A stretch of 64,000 nt of DNA from Candidatus Woesebacteria bacterium (GCA_035450165.1 DAOTMI010000001.1:45888-109887); one strand, 5' to 3'; counted from the stretch's first letter, positions 10,025-20,222 are shown. Program-made: numbers and translations. Notes: generated by a model from the letters alone, not told the origin.

Positions 10025-10297
10025 TTAAGTTTTCTCAATTACTCTTTTAACTACTCGGCCATGACCTTTAAATGTCCGGGTTGGAGCAAATTCACCCAAC
10101 CGGTGACCAACCATATCTTCAGTTATATAAACGGAAATAAACTTTCGACCATTATGAACCTCGAAATGATGACCAACAAACTCCGGAGCAATTTGAGATG
10201 ACCGGCAATAAGTCCGAACAACACCTGATTGATTTTTGGCTATTTTATCAAATAATTTTTTATCAATAAATGGACCTTTTTTAGAACTTCTTGACAT
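10025..10297 (-). CDS. rpsS: 30S ribosomal protein S19
   Basis: 90 aa. [12 protein letters not shown]...[23 protein letters not shown]. Confidence 0.93.
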   Translation of the reverse strand: MSRSSKKGPFIDKKLFDKIAKNQSGVVRTYCRSSQIAPEFVGHHFEVHNGRKFISVYITEDMVGHRLGEFAPTRTFKGHGRVVKRVIEKT

Positions 10298-10301
10298 TAA
10301 A

Positions 10302-11045
10302 TTACCGCCTTCTCTTAATAATTAATTTATTGGATTGCTTTTTCTTCTTGCGAGTTTTTTTACCCATGGCTGGTTTACCCCAAGGAGTTTTAGGATTCAT
10401 TCCTACTCCCGACCTACCCTCACCACCACCGTGGGGATGAGCGGCCGGATGCTGAGCAACTCCACGAACCGTGGGCCGAATACCTCGGTGACGTTTTTGT
10501 CCTGCTTTCGTTAATTTTAAATTAATATAATCAGCATTACCTACTTGACCAATAGTCGCCCGGCTGTCAGCTTTAAAAATCCTGATTTCTCCGCTGGGCA
10601 ACTTCACTATCGCCTGATCGTTCTCAATACTTTGAATCAAAGCACTCGTTCCGGCACTTTTTACTACCTGAGCCGGTCTATCTTTTGAATAGGCCAAACC
10701 GTGAATAGGAACGCCAACAGGAATATTCTTTAGACAAAGACAATTGCCATCTTTAATGGGGGCATTGTCCGAAGAAATAATCACATCACCTACTTTTAAA
10801 TTAGTTGGAGCTAAAATATAACCCCGACGACCATTCTCGTAGTTAATCAGGGCAATGGGGGCATTTCGATTAGGGTCATAACCAATCCATTTTACTTTTG
10901 CCGTAATATCAATCATATTCCTTGCCCAATCAATTTCTCTCAAAAACCGTTTGGCCTCACCCCCATGGTGGCGAACACTTATTCGGCCAGAATTATCCCG
11001 ACCGCCTGTTTTTTTTCTAATAGTCATTAATTGTTTAATTTTCAT
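10302..11045 (-). CDS. rplB: 50S ribosomal protein L2
   Basis: 247 aa. Has the L2 C-terminal motif ([21 protein letters not shown]) and N-terminal OB domain. Confidence 0.93.
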   Translation of the reverse strand: MKIKQLMTIRKKTGGRDNSGRISVRHHGGEAKRFLREIDWARNMIDITAKVKWIGYDPNRNAPIALINYENGRRGYILAPTNLKVGDVIISSDNAPIKDGNCLCLKNIPVGVPIHGLAYSKDRPAQVVKSAGTSALIQSIENDQAIVKLPSGEIRIFKADSRATIGQVGNADYINLKLTKAGQKRHRGIRPTVRGVAQHPAAHPHGGGEGRSGVGMNPKTPWGKPAMGKKTRKKKKQSNKLIIKRRR

Positions 11046-11329
11046 TTTTTAGTTTTTATAGTCAAAATATCAATCTTTTTATCCTTAGGAAGAGTAATAA
11101 CCGCTATCTTCCTGTCGGTCTTCTTAATTAACCGACGTTGCTGCCAATTAGTTTTTACCTTACCCTTAATTCGTCGGGTATTAATCCTTAGCGGTTTAAT
11201 ACCGAACATCTGTTCAAAAGCAATAGCAATTTGAAACTTATTAGCCTTAGAAGCCACCAGAAAAGTATACCGGCCTTGCTGCTGGTTAATTAAAGCTTTT
11301 TCGGTAACAATAGGCTTATTTAAAATCAT
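11042..11329 (-). CDS. rplW: 50S ribosomal protein L23
   Basis: 95 aa. ILNKPIVTEKA...FLV...AFEQMFGIKP. Confidence 0.9.
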   Translation of the reverse strand: MILNKPIVTEKALINQQQGRYTFLVASKANKFQIAIAFEQMFGIKPLRINTRRIKGKVKTNWQQRRLIKKTDRKIAVITLPKDKKIDILTIKTKK

Positions 11330-11948
11330 TTAAAGCTTTTCGAGTAAAAATTAAAAAATTTTTATCAGCCAGATTAAAAATATTAAGGGAATGAAGATTA
11401 AGCACTTCAATTCCAGGCAAATTACCAAAAGCCCGTTTAACATTTTTTAAAGGTCTACTAGTAATTATGCCAATTCTACGGCTTTTCGATAATACTTCAT
11501 TTGTCTTAGAAAGACAAGTAATCAAGCCGTCAGCCATTTTAGTTTTGGCTTCTAATTGAGATAAACCGTCAATAACCATGATTCTTTTATCCTGGGCTAA
11601 TCTGGCTAAAACAGATAATATCGCTAACCGCCTTTGTTTTTGAGGTAATTTTAATTTAAAATTCTGATTTCCCCGAGGGCCATGAGCTCTGCCACCGCCA
11701 ACAAACTGAGGGGCTTTAGCTGTTCCATGCCGGGCTCGGCCAGTGCCTTTTTGAGCCCACATCTTTTTGGTTGTTCCCACAACTTCTCCTCGACTTTTAG
11801 TTTTTGCCCGGGAGCAACGTTGATTATTTAAAAAAACACGGACTGCCTGGGCAATTAGTTTATCATTGCCCTGTGCCAAACTAATAACCTTCGGTAAGAT
11901 CATTTCACCACTAACTTCACCTTTAATGTTATAAACTATGAGTTTCAT
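11316..11948 (-). CDS. rplD: 50S ribosomal protein L4
   Basis: 210 aa. L4 family (WAQKGTGRARHG...PQFVGGGRAHGP). Confidence 0.92.
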   Translation of the reverse strand: MKLIVYNIKGEVSGEMILPKVISLAQGNDKLIAQAVRVFLNNQRCSRAKTKSRGEVVGTTKKMWAQKGTGRARHGTAKAPQFVGGGRAHGPRGNQNFKLKLPQKQRRLAILSVLARLAQDKRIMVIDGLSQLEAKTKMADGLITCLSKTNEVLSKSRRIGIITSRPLKNVKRAFGNLPGIEVLNLHSLNIFNLADKNFLIFTRKALNDFK

Positions 11949-12493
11949 TTTTTATTTTTCCTGATTAAAATCCAGGAATTAGGCGCTCCGGGAACAGGAC
12001 CGGAAACAATAATTTGATTTTTATCTTTCAACAAAGCAACAATTTTAAGTCCCTTAATCGTTTGAGTTTTATTGCCATAATGACCAGGCATTTTTTTACC
12101 TTTAACAATTTTTCCGGGAGTTTGAGCGCCAACAGCTCCGGGGGCCCGAGTCCGATCGGATTGACCACCAGTTACCGGCTGACGATGAAAACCATGGCGT
12201 TTTAAAACCCCGGCAAAACCCCGCCCTTTAGAAATCCCGGTTACCATAACCCGATCACCCTCTTGAAAAACTAAATCGGGAGTAATAATATCCCCAACTT
12301 TAGGACATTGATCACCGGTAACTTCAAATTCCTTATGGTGATTTTTCCCATACGCCACCTGGACTTTGGTGTTACTAATAATTCTTGTCACAGTTACAGG
12401 AATAACTTTTAAGGTAGTTACTCCCTTTTGTTTTGCTTCTTGATCAAAAATTCTTGTCATTGGGCCTTTTTGGGCCATATAGCCACTAATCAT
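11945..12493 (-). CDS. rplC: 50S ribosomal protein L3
   Basis: 182 aa. GMTRIFDQEAK...GFAGVLKRHGF. Confidence 0.92.
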   Translation of the reverse strand: MISGYMAQKGPMTRIFDQEAKQKGVTTLKVIPVTVTRIISNTKVQVAYGKNHHKEFEVTGDQCPKVGDIITPDLVFQEGDRVMVTGISKGRGFAGVLKRHGFHRQPVTGGQSDRTRAPGAVGAQTPGKIVKGKKMPGHYGNKTQTIKGLKIVALLKDKNQIIVSGPVPGAPNSWILIRKNKK

Positions 12494-12494
12494 T

Positions 12495-12806
12495 TTACAT
12501 TTTCACCTCAACTTCAACGCCAGAAGGGAGATCGAGATGTTGAAGACTGTCAACCGTTCGCAGACTGGTATTGCTGATGTCAATCAAACGTTTATGCGTT
12601 CTGATCTCAAAATGCTCCCGGGCATCCTTATCAGTATGGGGGCTTGTTAAAACAGTAATGATTTTCCTGGAAGTCGGCAGAGGAATTGGACCTTGAACTA
12701 CGGCTCCAGCAGTTACCGCCGCCTCAACAATTTTCAACGCCGCTTCATCAACAAGACGGTGATCAAACGATTTTAGCTTAATGCGGATGCGACTACCTTT
12801 AACCAT
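12495..12806 (-). CDS. rpsJ: 30S ribosomal protein S10
   Basis: 103 aa. [14 protein letters not shown]...GPIPLPT. First gene of the S10 operon, immediately after tuf. Confidence 0.93.
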   Translation of the reverse strand: MVKGSRIRIKLKSFDHRLVDEAALKIVEAAVTAGAVVQGPIPLPTSRKIITVLTSPHTDKDAREHFEIRTHKRLIDISNTSLRTVDSLQHLDLPSGVEVEVKM

Positions 12807-12833
12807 AGTTTTTCAAGGTGCAAAATAATTTTT

Positions 12834-14006
12834 TTATTTAATCACTTCGGTGATAGCTCCGGCACCGACGGTTAAACCGCCTTCCCGGATAGCAAAGCGC
12901 TGACCTACCTCCATGGCGACCGGTTTGATCAGGGTAATCTCCACGTTAGTATTGTCCCCCGGCATAATCATCTCTGTTCCTTCAGGAAGTTTAACATCAC
13001 CGGTAACATCGGTCGTTCCGATAAAGACTTGTGGTCGATAACCGGTAAAAACCGGGGTATGACGCCCACCTTCTTCTTTTTTTAACAAATAAATTTCAGC
13101 CTTAAACTGGGTATGGGGCGTAATTGTCCCCGACTTAGCCACTACCTGGCCTCGTTCAATATCGTCTTTTTCTACTCCCCGCAGAAGTAAACCAACATTG
13201 TCGCCAGCCTGACCTTCCTCTAACTGTTTGTGAAACATTTCGACCCCGGTTACTACTACCTTTTTAGTTGGCCTCAGGCCGACAATTTCAACCTCATCGT
13301 TAATTTTCACCTTACCTCTTCCAATCCGGCCGGTCGCCACCGTTCCTCGACCTTTAATAGAAAAGACATCTTCAATCGGCATCAAAAACGGCTTATCCAA
13401 TTCTCTCTTGGGTTCAGGAATATAAGTATCGAGAGCTTCAACTAATTTTTTAATAGACTCTACTGCCTCTGGATCACCCTCTAACGCTTTCAGGGCTGAA
13501 CCACGAATAATTGGCACTTCATCACCTGGAAAACCATATTTTTTCAATAAATCCCTGATTTCTATCTCAACAAGATCTAAAAACTCCGGGTCATCAACTA
13601 AATCAACTTTATTTAAATAAACAACCATTGCCGGAACGTTAACTTGTTTCGCTAGAAGAACGTGTTCTCTTGTTTGAGGCATTGGACCATCGGGTGCCGA
13701 GACGACCAAGATAGCTCCATCCATTTGAGCCGCACCGGTAATCATGTTTTTGACATAATCATGATGGCCGGGGCAATCAATATGGGCATAATGCCTTTTG
13801 TCCGATTCATATTCCAAATGGGAAATAGCAATCGTCACAATTTTAGAGGCATCACGTACTGTTCCTCCCTTAGCTATTTCAGCATAAGACTTTGGATTAC
13901 CTTGAATTTTGGAAATAGCCGCTGATAAGGTAGTTTTCCCATGGTCAACATGACCGATAGTACCAACATTAACGTGGGGTTTAGTTCTTTGATAAGTTGC
14001 CGCCAT
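12834..14006 (-). CDS. tuf: elongation factor Tu
   Basis: 390 aa. [26 protein letters not shown]-motifs and EF-Tu domains 2 and 3. Confidence 0.95.
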   Translation of the reverse strand: MAATYQRTKPHVNVGTIGHVDHGKTTLSAAISKIQGNPKSYAEIAKGGTVRDASKIVTIAISHLEYESDKRHYAHIDCPGHHDYVKNMITGAAQMDGAILVVSAPDGPMPQTREHVLLAKQVNVPAMVVYLNKVDLVDDPEFLDLVEIEIRDLLKKYGFPGDEVPIIRGSALKALEGDPEAVESIKKLVEALDTYIPEPKRELDKPFLMPIEDVFSIKGRGTVATGRIGRGKVKINDEVEIVGLRPTKKVVVTGVEMFHKQLEEGQAGDNVGLLLRGVEKDDIERGQVVAKSGTITPHTQFKAEIYLLKKEEGGRHTPVFTGYRPQVFIGTTDVTGDVKLPEGTEMIMPGDNTNVEITLIKPVAMEVGQRFAIREGGLTVGAGAITEVIK

Positions 14007-14142
14007 AATTTTTTATAAAAACAAAAATATAATAATTAGTCTATTTTAGCTTAAAAGACTTTAGAATTGTAGCAGGAGATAAAAAACAATGCAAGCGTGA
14101 AATTATACCGTGTTATACCTACTCCTGCCTATTCTTATCTAT

Positions 14143-15153
14143 CTACCAAAATCTTCCAAAGGGATTAAGAATTTCAATCTTGCCAGCCTGGGTATCGCTT
14201 AAACCGCAATAAAGTTGAACCTTTTCAAGATAATGTGGCTCATTCTCAATCTTTTGCAAACCGCCGGGCATAATAATATCTTCTAATTCCGGCCTTTTCG
14301 CCGGTCCGGGCGGAAAATCTTTTCTAAGGGCAACAATTCTCATATTTGAGAATTGGAAATCCTTCGGATTAAATTCAAAAACCATCGCCGCGTAATGTTT
14401 AGAACCGTCTAACTCCATTGAAGCGATATGACCTAAAACGCCGATTCGCCCGTCTTTTAATAAATAAGCATTATCAACTCCACCCCATTCTAATTCTTTG
14501 AATTGATTTTCAATAATCCTTGCTTTAGAAATGACATCCTGATTCAAATCTTCCAAAGAATTAATAACTGTAAAACCGATTTTCCCTCGGCCTGCTTTTT
14601 CCCCCTGTGGTCGGGTAAAAACACCAATTTTTTTATCAGCTAATTCAACTAGGCGAATATTCTTCATCATCCTCGGTCCTTCGGTAAATTTTCTAAAGTC
14701 TTTAAAGTTACTGCCCTGAAAGAAAACTGTTTTATATTCAAGCTCGCCTTCTTTGAATCGAGAAGGGGTAACTATTACTCCGTTTAGAACATACCTATTT
14801 TTTATGGTCGTTAAAAAGGGGTCCTGCATCGACCAATAAAAAAGATCTTTAGCTAGCCACCAGCTGTTATCTTTTGGTTCGTAAATAAAGAAGCAGGAAA
14901 TACTGTTTTTTTCCGATCCGCGCGGCTCAACCCGACCTAATAAATAAAGGTTACCATCCTTCTTAATAGGAGCGCTTATATTATAAACATCTTTTTGACC
15001 AACCCCCTTTACTTCTAAAATTTCTCCCCGGACAAAATTCGGTTCGGTTTCTTCATATTTACTCAAAAGCTCCCGGTAGCTTTGGGGTTGGGATTTTGAT
15101 CCCTGCAATTCCGATTCTCTTAAATTTTTTGGACAGGCATCTGGGATCATCAT
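14143..15153 (-). CDS. hypothetical protein, possibly a GH130/DUF1861-like beta-propeller fold. It is inserted between fusA and tuf.
   Basis: 336 aa. Segments such as VYNISAPIKKDGNLYLLGRVE and GPRMMKNIRLVELADKKIGVFTRP resemble the repeated blade motifs of GH130-type glycoside phosphorylases. The fold assignment is by eye only. It is unusual cargo inside the str operon. Confidence 0.35.
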   Translation of the reverse strand: MMIPDACPKNLRESELQGSKSQPQSYRELLSKYEETEPNFVRGEILEVKGVGQKDVYNISAPIKKDGNLYLLGRVEPRGSEKNSISCFFIYEPKDNSWWLAKDLFYWSMQDPFLTTIKNRYVLNGVIVTPSRFKEGELEYKTVFFQGSNFKDFRKFTEGPRMMKNIRLVELADKKIGVFTRPQGEKAGRGKIGFTVINSLEDLNQDVISKARIIENQFKELEWGGVDNAYLLKDGRIGVLGHIASMELDGSKHYAAMVFEFNPKDFQFSNMRIVALRKDFPPGPAKRPELEDIIMPGGLQKIENEPHYLEKVQLYCGLSDTQAGKIEILNPFGRFW

Positions 15154-15159
15154 GGACTG

Positions 15160-17265
15160 TTAAGACTTCTTGACTCCGGGTTTAGTCAATTCTGCCTGAA
15201 TTTCGCAGGGAACGGGATCATAGCGCGATAATTCCATATAAAATAAACCCCGACCTTGAGTTAGAGAACGAATAGTAGTCGCATAACCACGGACAGCTTC
15301 CAGAGGAATAAAACAATCAATAGTCGTAATACCATAAAGCTCTTTAGTATTACTAATTTGGCCCCTCCTTGACGATAAATCACCGATAACTGCCCCCAAA
15401 AACTCTGATGGTGTTTCTACCTCCATTTTCATAATCGGCTCCAAAATCAGCGGTTTAGCCTGTTCGAAAGCTTCTTTGACAGCAAAAGAACCGGCCAATT
15501 TAAAGGCCATTTCGCTGGAATCAACTTCATGGTAAGTACCATCAAAAACAGTAACTTTTAAATCAGTACAGGGATAGCCGGCAATAATCCCTTTAGATAG
15601 GGTTTCCCGAACCCCTTTTTCAATCGCCGGAATGAAATTAGCCGGAATAGCACCGCCTTTGACGGCGTTAATAAACTCTACTCCCTGACCTCTTTCCTTA
15701 GGTTCAACCCGCAGCCAGCAATGACCATATTGGCCATGACCGCCGGATTGATGAATATATTTTCCCTCAGCTTCGGCCTTTTCTGAAATAGTCTCCCGAT
15801 AGGCCACCTGAGGAGCTCCGGTTTTAACATTAACTCCAAATTCCCGTCTCAACCGATCAATAATAATTTCCAAATACAGTTCACCCATACCGGAAATAAT
15901 GGTTTGGCCGGTTTCATGGTCATAAAAAACTTTAAAAGTCGGGTCTTCGATTGCCAATTTATTTAAAGCCTGACCCATTTTTTCCTGATCATCGGCTGTT
16001 TGGGGTTCAATAGCCAGAGAAATAACTGGTTCGGCAAAACGAATCGGCAGAAGAGAAATGGGCTGATTGCGATCACAGAGAGTGTCACCGGTGGCCGATT
16101 CTTTTAAACCAATACAAGCGACAATTTCTCCAGCAAAACCTTCCTCAATCCCTTCCCGTTTATCGGCGTGCATCAAAAGCAGCCGGCCAATTCGTTCGGT
16201 AGTTTTTCGGGTGGCATTATAAACTTCAGAACCAGCCTTTAAAACACCGGAATATATCCTAACATAGGATAAAGTTCCCACATGAGAATCAGCCTGAACT
16301 TTAAATAAAAGGGCTGATAACGGCTCTTCCCGTAAAGGCTTGCGGGTAATTTTCGCCTCAGTTTCCACATCATAACCTTCAACCGGGGGCAGATCTAACG
16401 GTGACGGTAAATAATCGACGATACCGTCCAAAACTGGTTGGATGCCTTTATTTCGCCAAGCCGAACCACAATAAACCGGAAAAAGTTTTCTTTCAATAGT
16501 TGCCTTTCTTAAAACTCTTTTTAAATCTTCAACTTTAATTTCCTCATCGTTTAAAAATTTCTCCATTAAAACTTCGTCCTGGCCAGCGATTGCTTCGACC
16601 ATTTTAGTTCGAACTTCTTCAATTTTATCCTTATCTTCAGGATTTAATTCCTTAGTGGTAAAATTAATCCCCTGTTCATCTTGATCCCAAACCAGCATTT
16701 TCCGGGTCATTAAATCAACCACTCCCATAAATTCATGCTCTTTACCAATTGGGTAAACTACCGGAACTGCAGTTACCCTTAATTTTTCCCTGATACTCTT
16801 AAGAACTAAATTAATATCGGAGCCGATTTTATCCATTTTATTGATAAAAACGATTCGGGGCACTCCATACCGATCAGCCTGACGCCAAACTGTTTCTGAC
16901 TGAGCTTGAACACCGGCATTGCCATCAAAAACCATTACCGCTCCATCCAAAACTCGGAGGGATCGCTCCACTTCAGCGGTGAAATCGACATGGCCGGGAG
17001 TATCAATAATATTAAAACGGTGATTTTTCCAAAAAGTCGTAATACAAGCGGATTGAATAGTAATTCCCCGTTCTTTTTCTTGAATCATAAAATCAGTGGT
17101 CGTTGTCCCTTCATCAACTATACCTATTTTATGGATTTTTCCAGTATAAAACAAAATCCGTTCGGTAGTTGTCGTCTTGCCGGCGTCAATATGGGCAATA
17201 ATACCAATATTACGGACTTTTTCTATCGCGACGTCGCGGTTTTTAGTTATTTTAATCGCTTCCAT
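15160..17265 (-). CDS. fusA: elongation factor G
   Basis: 701 aa. NIGIIAHIDAGKTTTTERILFYTG, DTPGHVDF, NKMD, and domains II-V. Confidence 0.95.
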   Translation of the reverse strand: MEAIKITKNRDVAIEKVRNIGIIAHIDAGKTTTTERILFYTGKIHKIGIVDEGTTTTDFMIQEKERGITIQSACITTFWKNHRFNIIDTPGHVDFTAEVERSLRVLDGAVMVFDGNAGVQAQSETVWRQADRYGVPRIVFINKMDKIGSDINLVLKSIREKLRVTAVPVVYPIGKEHEFMGVVDLMTRKMLVWDQDEQGINFTTKELNPEDKDKIEEVRTKMVEAIAGQDEVLMEKFLNDEEIKVEDLKRVLRKATIERKLFPVYCGSAWRNKGIQPVLDGIVDYLPSPLDLPPVEGYDVETEAKITRKPLREEPLSALLFKVQADSHVGTLSYVRIYSGVLKAGSEVYNATRKTTERIGRLLLMHADKREGIEEGFAGEIVACIGLKESATGDTLCDRNQPISLLPIRFAEPVISLAIEPQTADDQEKMGQALNKLAIEDPTFKVFYDHETGQTIISGMGELYLEIIIDRLRREFGVNVKTGAPQVAYRETISEKAEAEGKYIHQSGGHGQYGHCWLRVEPKERGQGVEFINAVKGGAIPANFIPAIEKGVRETLSKGIIAGYPCTDLKVTVFDGTYHEVDSSEMAFKLAGSFAVKEAFEQAKPLILEPIMKMEVETPSEFLGAVIGDLSSRRGQISNTKELYGITTIDCFIPLEAVRGYATTIRSLTQGRGLFYMELSRYDPVPCEIQAELTKPGVKKS

Positions 17266-17297
17266 AGTTAGTAATTAGTAATTAGTAATTAGTAATT
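17266..17297. repeat. tandem 7-bp repeat (AGTAATT)x4.5 in the divergent fusA / flavoprotein intergenic region
   Basis: agtt-agtaatt-agtaatt-agtaatt-agtaatt read directly. It lies immediately upstream of the fusA start codon at 17265. Confidence 0.8.
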
Positions 17298-17332
17298 GAA
17301 ACATAGTATCATATCATAGATTATACAGAAAC

Positions 17333-18475
17333 ATGAAAAAGAAAATTGCTATAATCGGCGGAGGAATCGGCGGACTAACTGTTGGATATTTTTTAAAGAA
17401 AAAAAATTATGAGGTGACGGTATATGAAAAGGAGAAAGACTTAGGTGGTTTAATGGGGAGTTTTGAAATTAACGGGAAAAAAATTGAAAAAACATATCAT
17501 CATATTTTTGCCAGTGATACGGAAATTATTAATCTAATTAAAGAATTGGGGTTAGATAAACAACTGATTTGGCGGAATGAAAATATGGCCGTGATTTACC
17601 AAAACAAGGTCTACGCTTTTAATTCACCAATCGATTTATTAAGGTTTTCGCCGTTGGATTTAATTGACAAAGTTCGGCTAGGTTTGGTGTCAATTTATTT
17701 ACAAAAAGAAAATAATTACCAAAAATTTGAAAAAATTAAAGCTTACCAATGGATTAAAAAATATTTTGGCAAAAATGTTTATCGAGTTTTATGGCAGCCA
17801 CTTCTAAAGGGAAAGTTCGGCAAGGATTATAAAGAAATAAATATGACCTGGTTTTGGGCCAGAATACATTACCGAGGCCATTCAAAATTGGGATATATGA
17901 AAGGTGGTTTCGGACAAATCATTAACAAATTGTCCAAAAATCTAAATATAATTTATAAAAATGTAAAGGCAGAAAATTTAAAAGGTTATGATCTGATAAT
18001 CGATACATCGCCGATAAAATCGGTAAAATATTTAGGAGCAGTAGATGTAATATTTACCAGTAAACAAAACTTATCAAAGTATTATTGGCATAATATTAAT
18101 GACGAAAAAGCACCATTTGTTGCTTTTATTCAACAGACAAATATGATTGATGATTATGGTAGTCACGTTTACTATATGGGTGGTTATTACCCACAAGATC
18201 ACAAATATTTTAAAGTAAAAGATGAAATAATTTACCAAGAATTCTTTGAATATCTGAAGAAAATATTTAAAGAATTTGAGGCAAAAGAAATTGAAAAAAG
18301 GTGGATATTTAAATTTCCGTACGCTCAACACATGCCCCGCTTCGCGGGAAGTTCCAATAACCAAATTCCAAGAAGCAAATATATTATTCACATGAATTTT
18401 GCGCAAATTTACCCGCAGGATCGGGGAATTAATTACGCAGTCAAACAGTCAAGAGAGTTGGCATCACTACTGTAA
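17333..18475 (+). CDS. FAD/NAD(P)-binding oxidoreductase (amine-oxidase / UDP-galactopyranose-mutase-like)
   Basis: 380 aa. N-terminal Rossmann dinucleotide motif IAIIGGGIGGL...VYEKEKDLGG. HHIF...and MKGGFGQIINKL segments parallel Glf/protoporphyrinogen-oxidase-family landmarks. AT-rich codon usage. Confidence 0.6.
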   Translation: MKKKIAIIGGGIGGLTVGYFLKKKNYEVTVYEKEKDLGGLMGSFEINGKKIEKTYHHIFASDTEIINLIKELGLDKQLIWRNENMAVIYQNKVYAFNSPIDLLRFSPLDLIDKVRLGLVSIYLQKENNYQKFEKIKAYQWIKKYFGKNVYRVLWQPLLKGKFGKDYKEINMTWFWARIHYRGHSKLGYMKGGFGQIINKLSKNLNIIYKNVKAENLKGYDLIIDTSPIKSVKYLGAVDVIFTSKQNLSKYYWHNINDEKAPFVAFIQQTNMIDDYGSHVYYMGGYYPQDHKYFKVKDEIIYQEFFEYLKKIFKEFEAKEIEKRWIFKFPYAQHMPRFAGSSNNQIPRSKYIIHMNFAQIYPQDRGINYAVKQSRELASLL

Positions 18476-18537
18476 AAACACAGCAAACTACGTTTATCCA
18501 GCGAAATTCCGAAATGTATTAAAAATCAAATAGTAAA

Positions 18538-18574
18538 GGCGAGGCCAGCCTGCCGGCAGGTAGGTTTCCTCGCC
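18538..18574. terminator. GC-rich nested hairpin between convergent genes (flavoprotein + / rmlD -). Probable bidirectional terminator.
   Basis: ggcgagg-ccagcctgccggcagg-taggttt-cctcgcc. The outer 7-bp stem encloses a CCTGCC/GGCAGG palindrome. On the minus strand a T-rich tract follows. The same core recurs at 42340-42364. Confidence 0.4.
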
Positions 18575-18621
18575 TTGAGTTGAACAACACTGTCTTAAAT
18601 CGGACAAAAGCGGTCTAGGAC

Positions 18622-19500
18622 TTACATTTGTTCCTTCATTGCCCTCAACCCTTCCTCCAAAGTCTTCATCGCAATTTTCAAAGCCCTGACTTTATCATTG
18701 CTGATAGCTAAATTTTTCTGCCAGGGACGGGAGTTAGCTGGCAGAGTTTCTCGATATGCCTTAAGACTAGTTTGGGGAATAAGCTGGGGATCAAATCCCC
18801 AAATTTTAGCAATTAATTGGCCCATATCGTAGGGTGATTGACTGGAAGAACCGACTAAATGGAAAATACCAGTAGGTTTATTTTCAAAAAAATATTTAAG
18901 GCCCAAGGCGATATCATCAACAAAAGTCGGAGTGATAATTTGATCGGTAAACATCGGCGGCAGACTGTTGGTTTTGAGGCCGTCGATGGCTTTTCGGACC
19001 AAATCTTTTTTGTCGCCAAAATTGGCGCGATAAGGAAAGGAAATACGGACAATACTACTAGGAATACCGGAATTTAAAACTTCCTGCTCGGCAAGATATT
19101 TGGTTTGGCCGTACCATTCGATGGGATTGGGGGCATCGTCTTCGGTATAGGCACCGTCTTTTTTACCATCAAAAACAAAATCGGTGGAAATATTGATCAA
19201 ATATTTATTGTACTTTTTGCATAAATTGACAATATTGCGGGTGCCGATAACATTTAGCTGATAACAAAGGCCATTTTCGTCACCGTTTTGAGCCCAGGCC
19301 TGATTAGTATCAGTAAAAGCGGCCAAATGGAGAAAACAGTCAAAGTCGGAATTTTTAGCAATAGCTTCTTCCAACTGCCGGGGTTCCAAAATAGAAATTC
19401 CCGAAGCCAAGGAAAAATCAACAAAAGTAAAGCTGTTTTTAAATAACTCGACTACCCGCGAACCGACCAAGCCGGACAAACCACTACCGAGAATTTTCAT
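18622..19500 (-). CDS. rmlD: dTDP-4-dehydrorhamnose reductase
   Basis: 292 aa. N-terminal GxxGxxG (ILGSGLSGLVG), the RmlD signature ISTDFVFDG, and catalytic YGQTK. Confidence 0.85.
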   Translation of the reverse strand: MKILGSGLSGLVGSRVVELFKNSFTFVDFSLASGISILEPRQLEEAIAKNSDFDCFLHLAAFTDTNQAWAQNGDENGLCYQLNVIGTRNIVNLCKKYNKYLINISTDFVFDGKKDGAYTEDDAPNPIEWYGQTKYLAEQEVLNSGIPSSIVRISFPYRANFGDKKDLVRKAIDGLKTNSLPPMFTDQIITPTFVDDIALGLKYFFENKPTGIFHLVGSSSQSPYDMGQLIAKIWGFDPQLIPQTSLKAYRETLPANSRPWQKNLAISNDKVRALKIAMKTLEEGLRAMKEQM

Positions 19501-19599
19501 AAAGAATTATAACAAAAATTAGCTATTCTCTAGCTATTTGTTGGCTAAAGATGTTTTGAGTTTATAATTAATTGACAGGAAGATTATTTCATACTATCA

Positions 19600-19812
19600 T
19601 TGGTTAATATTTTAACCGATTCTTTAAAAAATATTTGGGAAAATAGGGTTAATAATAAGGTTTTAGTAAAAATAATAAAGAGAGATTTTGATGGTAAATG
19701 CGGAAAGTGTGTCGATCGATATGTTTGTGGTGGCTGTAGAGCTAGAGCTATGGTATTAAATAATAATATTCTAGGAGCTGACCCATATTGTTTATTATGT
19801 TTATTATGTTGA
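19600..19812 (+). pseudogene. Cys-rich ORF fragment resembling the C-terminal SPASM/twitch region of a radical SAM enzyme. It has no ATG start (TTG only) and an in-frame stop 24 nt upstream.
   Basis: ...DGKCGKCVDRYVCGGCRARAMVL...PYCLLCLLC carries a Cx2Cx5Cx2C cluster, like the auxiliary Fe-S cluster motif of SPASM domains. The stop-to-stop frame begins at 19576 with no Met. It is likely a gene remnant or a small Cys-rich peptide. Confidence 0.3.
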
Positions 19813-20222
19813 TTATTAAAAAAGCATTAAAAAAAGATACCGATTTTATTTTACAGATAACTCGGGAAAACATGTCTAGTTTGTTGGTTTGGAATGATGA
19901 AAAATTCCTTAATAATTTGAAAATAAAAAATATTTATATTGTCTTTAAAGATAGTAAAAAAATAGGTCTGGTGGATTGCGAGAAAATCAAAGGGAATTTG
20001 TATATCCATAACCTTCAAGTGAATAAAGAATTTTGGGGTCAGGGTATTGGTAAAACAATTATGGAGTATGTTGATAATTTAGCCAAAATAATGAAATGTA
20101 AAAAAATTGTGTTTAGGGTGTCGCAAAATAATAAAAGGGCAATTACTTTTTATGCAAATTTGGGGTTTCACTATTTAAAAAATGACGATAATTCAAATGG
20201 ATTTTGGGAAAAATTAGTTTAG
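19788..20222 (+). CDS. GNAT family N-acetyltransferase
   Basis: 144 aa. Acetyl-CoA binding motif A (FWGQGIGKTIMEYV) and RAITFYANLGF. Three in-frame ATGs at 19788, 19797 and 19806, so the true start is uncertain. Confidence 0.75.
   Translation: MFIMFIMLIIKKALKKDTDFILQITRENMSSLLVWNDEKFLNNLKIKNIYIVFKDSKKIGLVDCEKIKGNLYIHNLQVNKEFWGQGIGKTIMEYVDNLAKIMKCKKIVFRVSQNNKRAITFYANLGFHYLKNDDNSNGFWEKLV

Noticed and set aside
14040-14125. Long-range inverted repeat GCAGGAG ... CTCCTGC spaced about 45 nt apart, upstream of tuf
   Set aside because: It is a 7-bp match only, and it lies in an AT-rich intergenic region where such matches are expected by chance. No supporting structure or conservation could be assessed.
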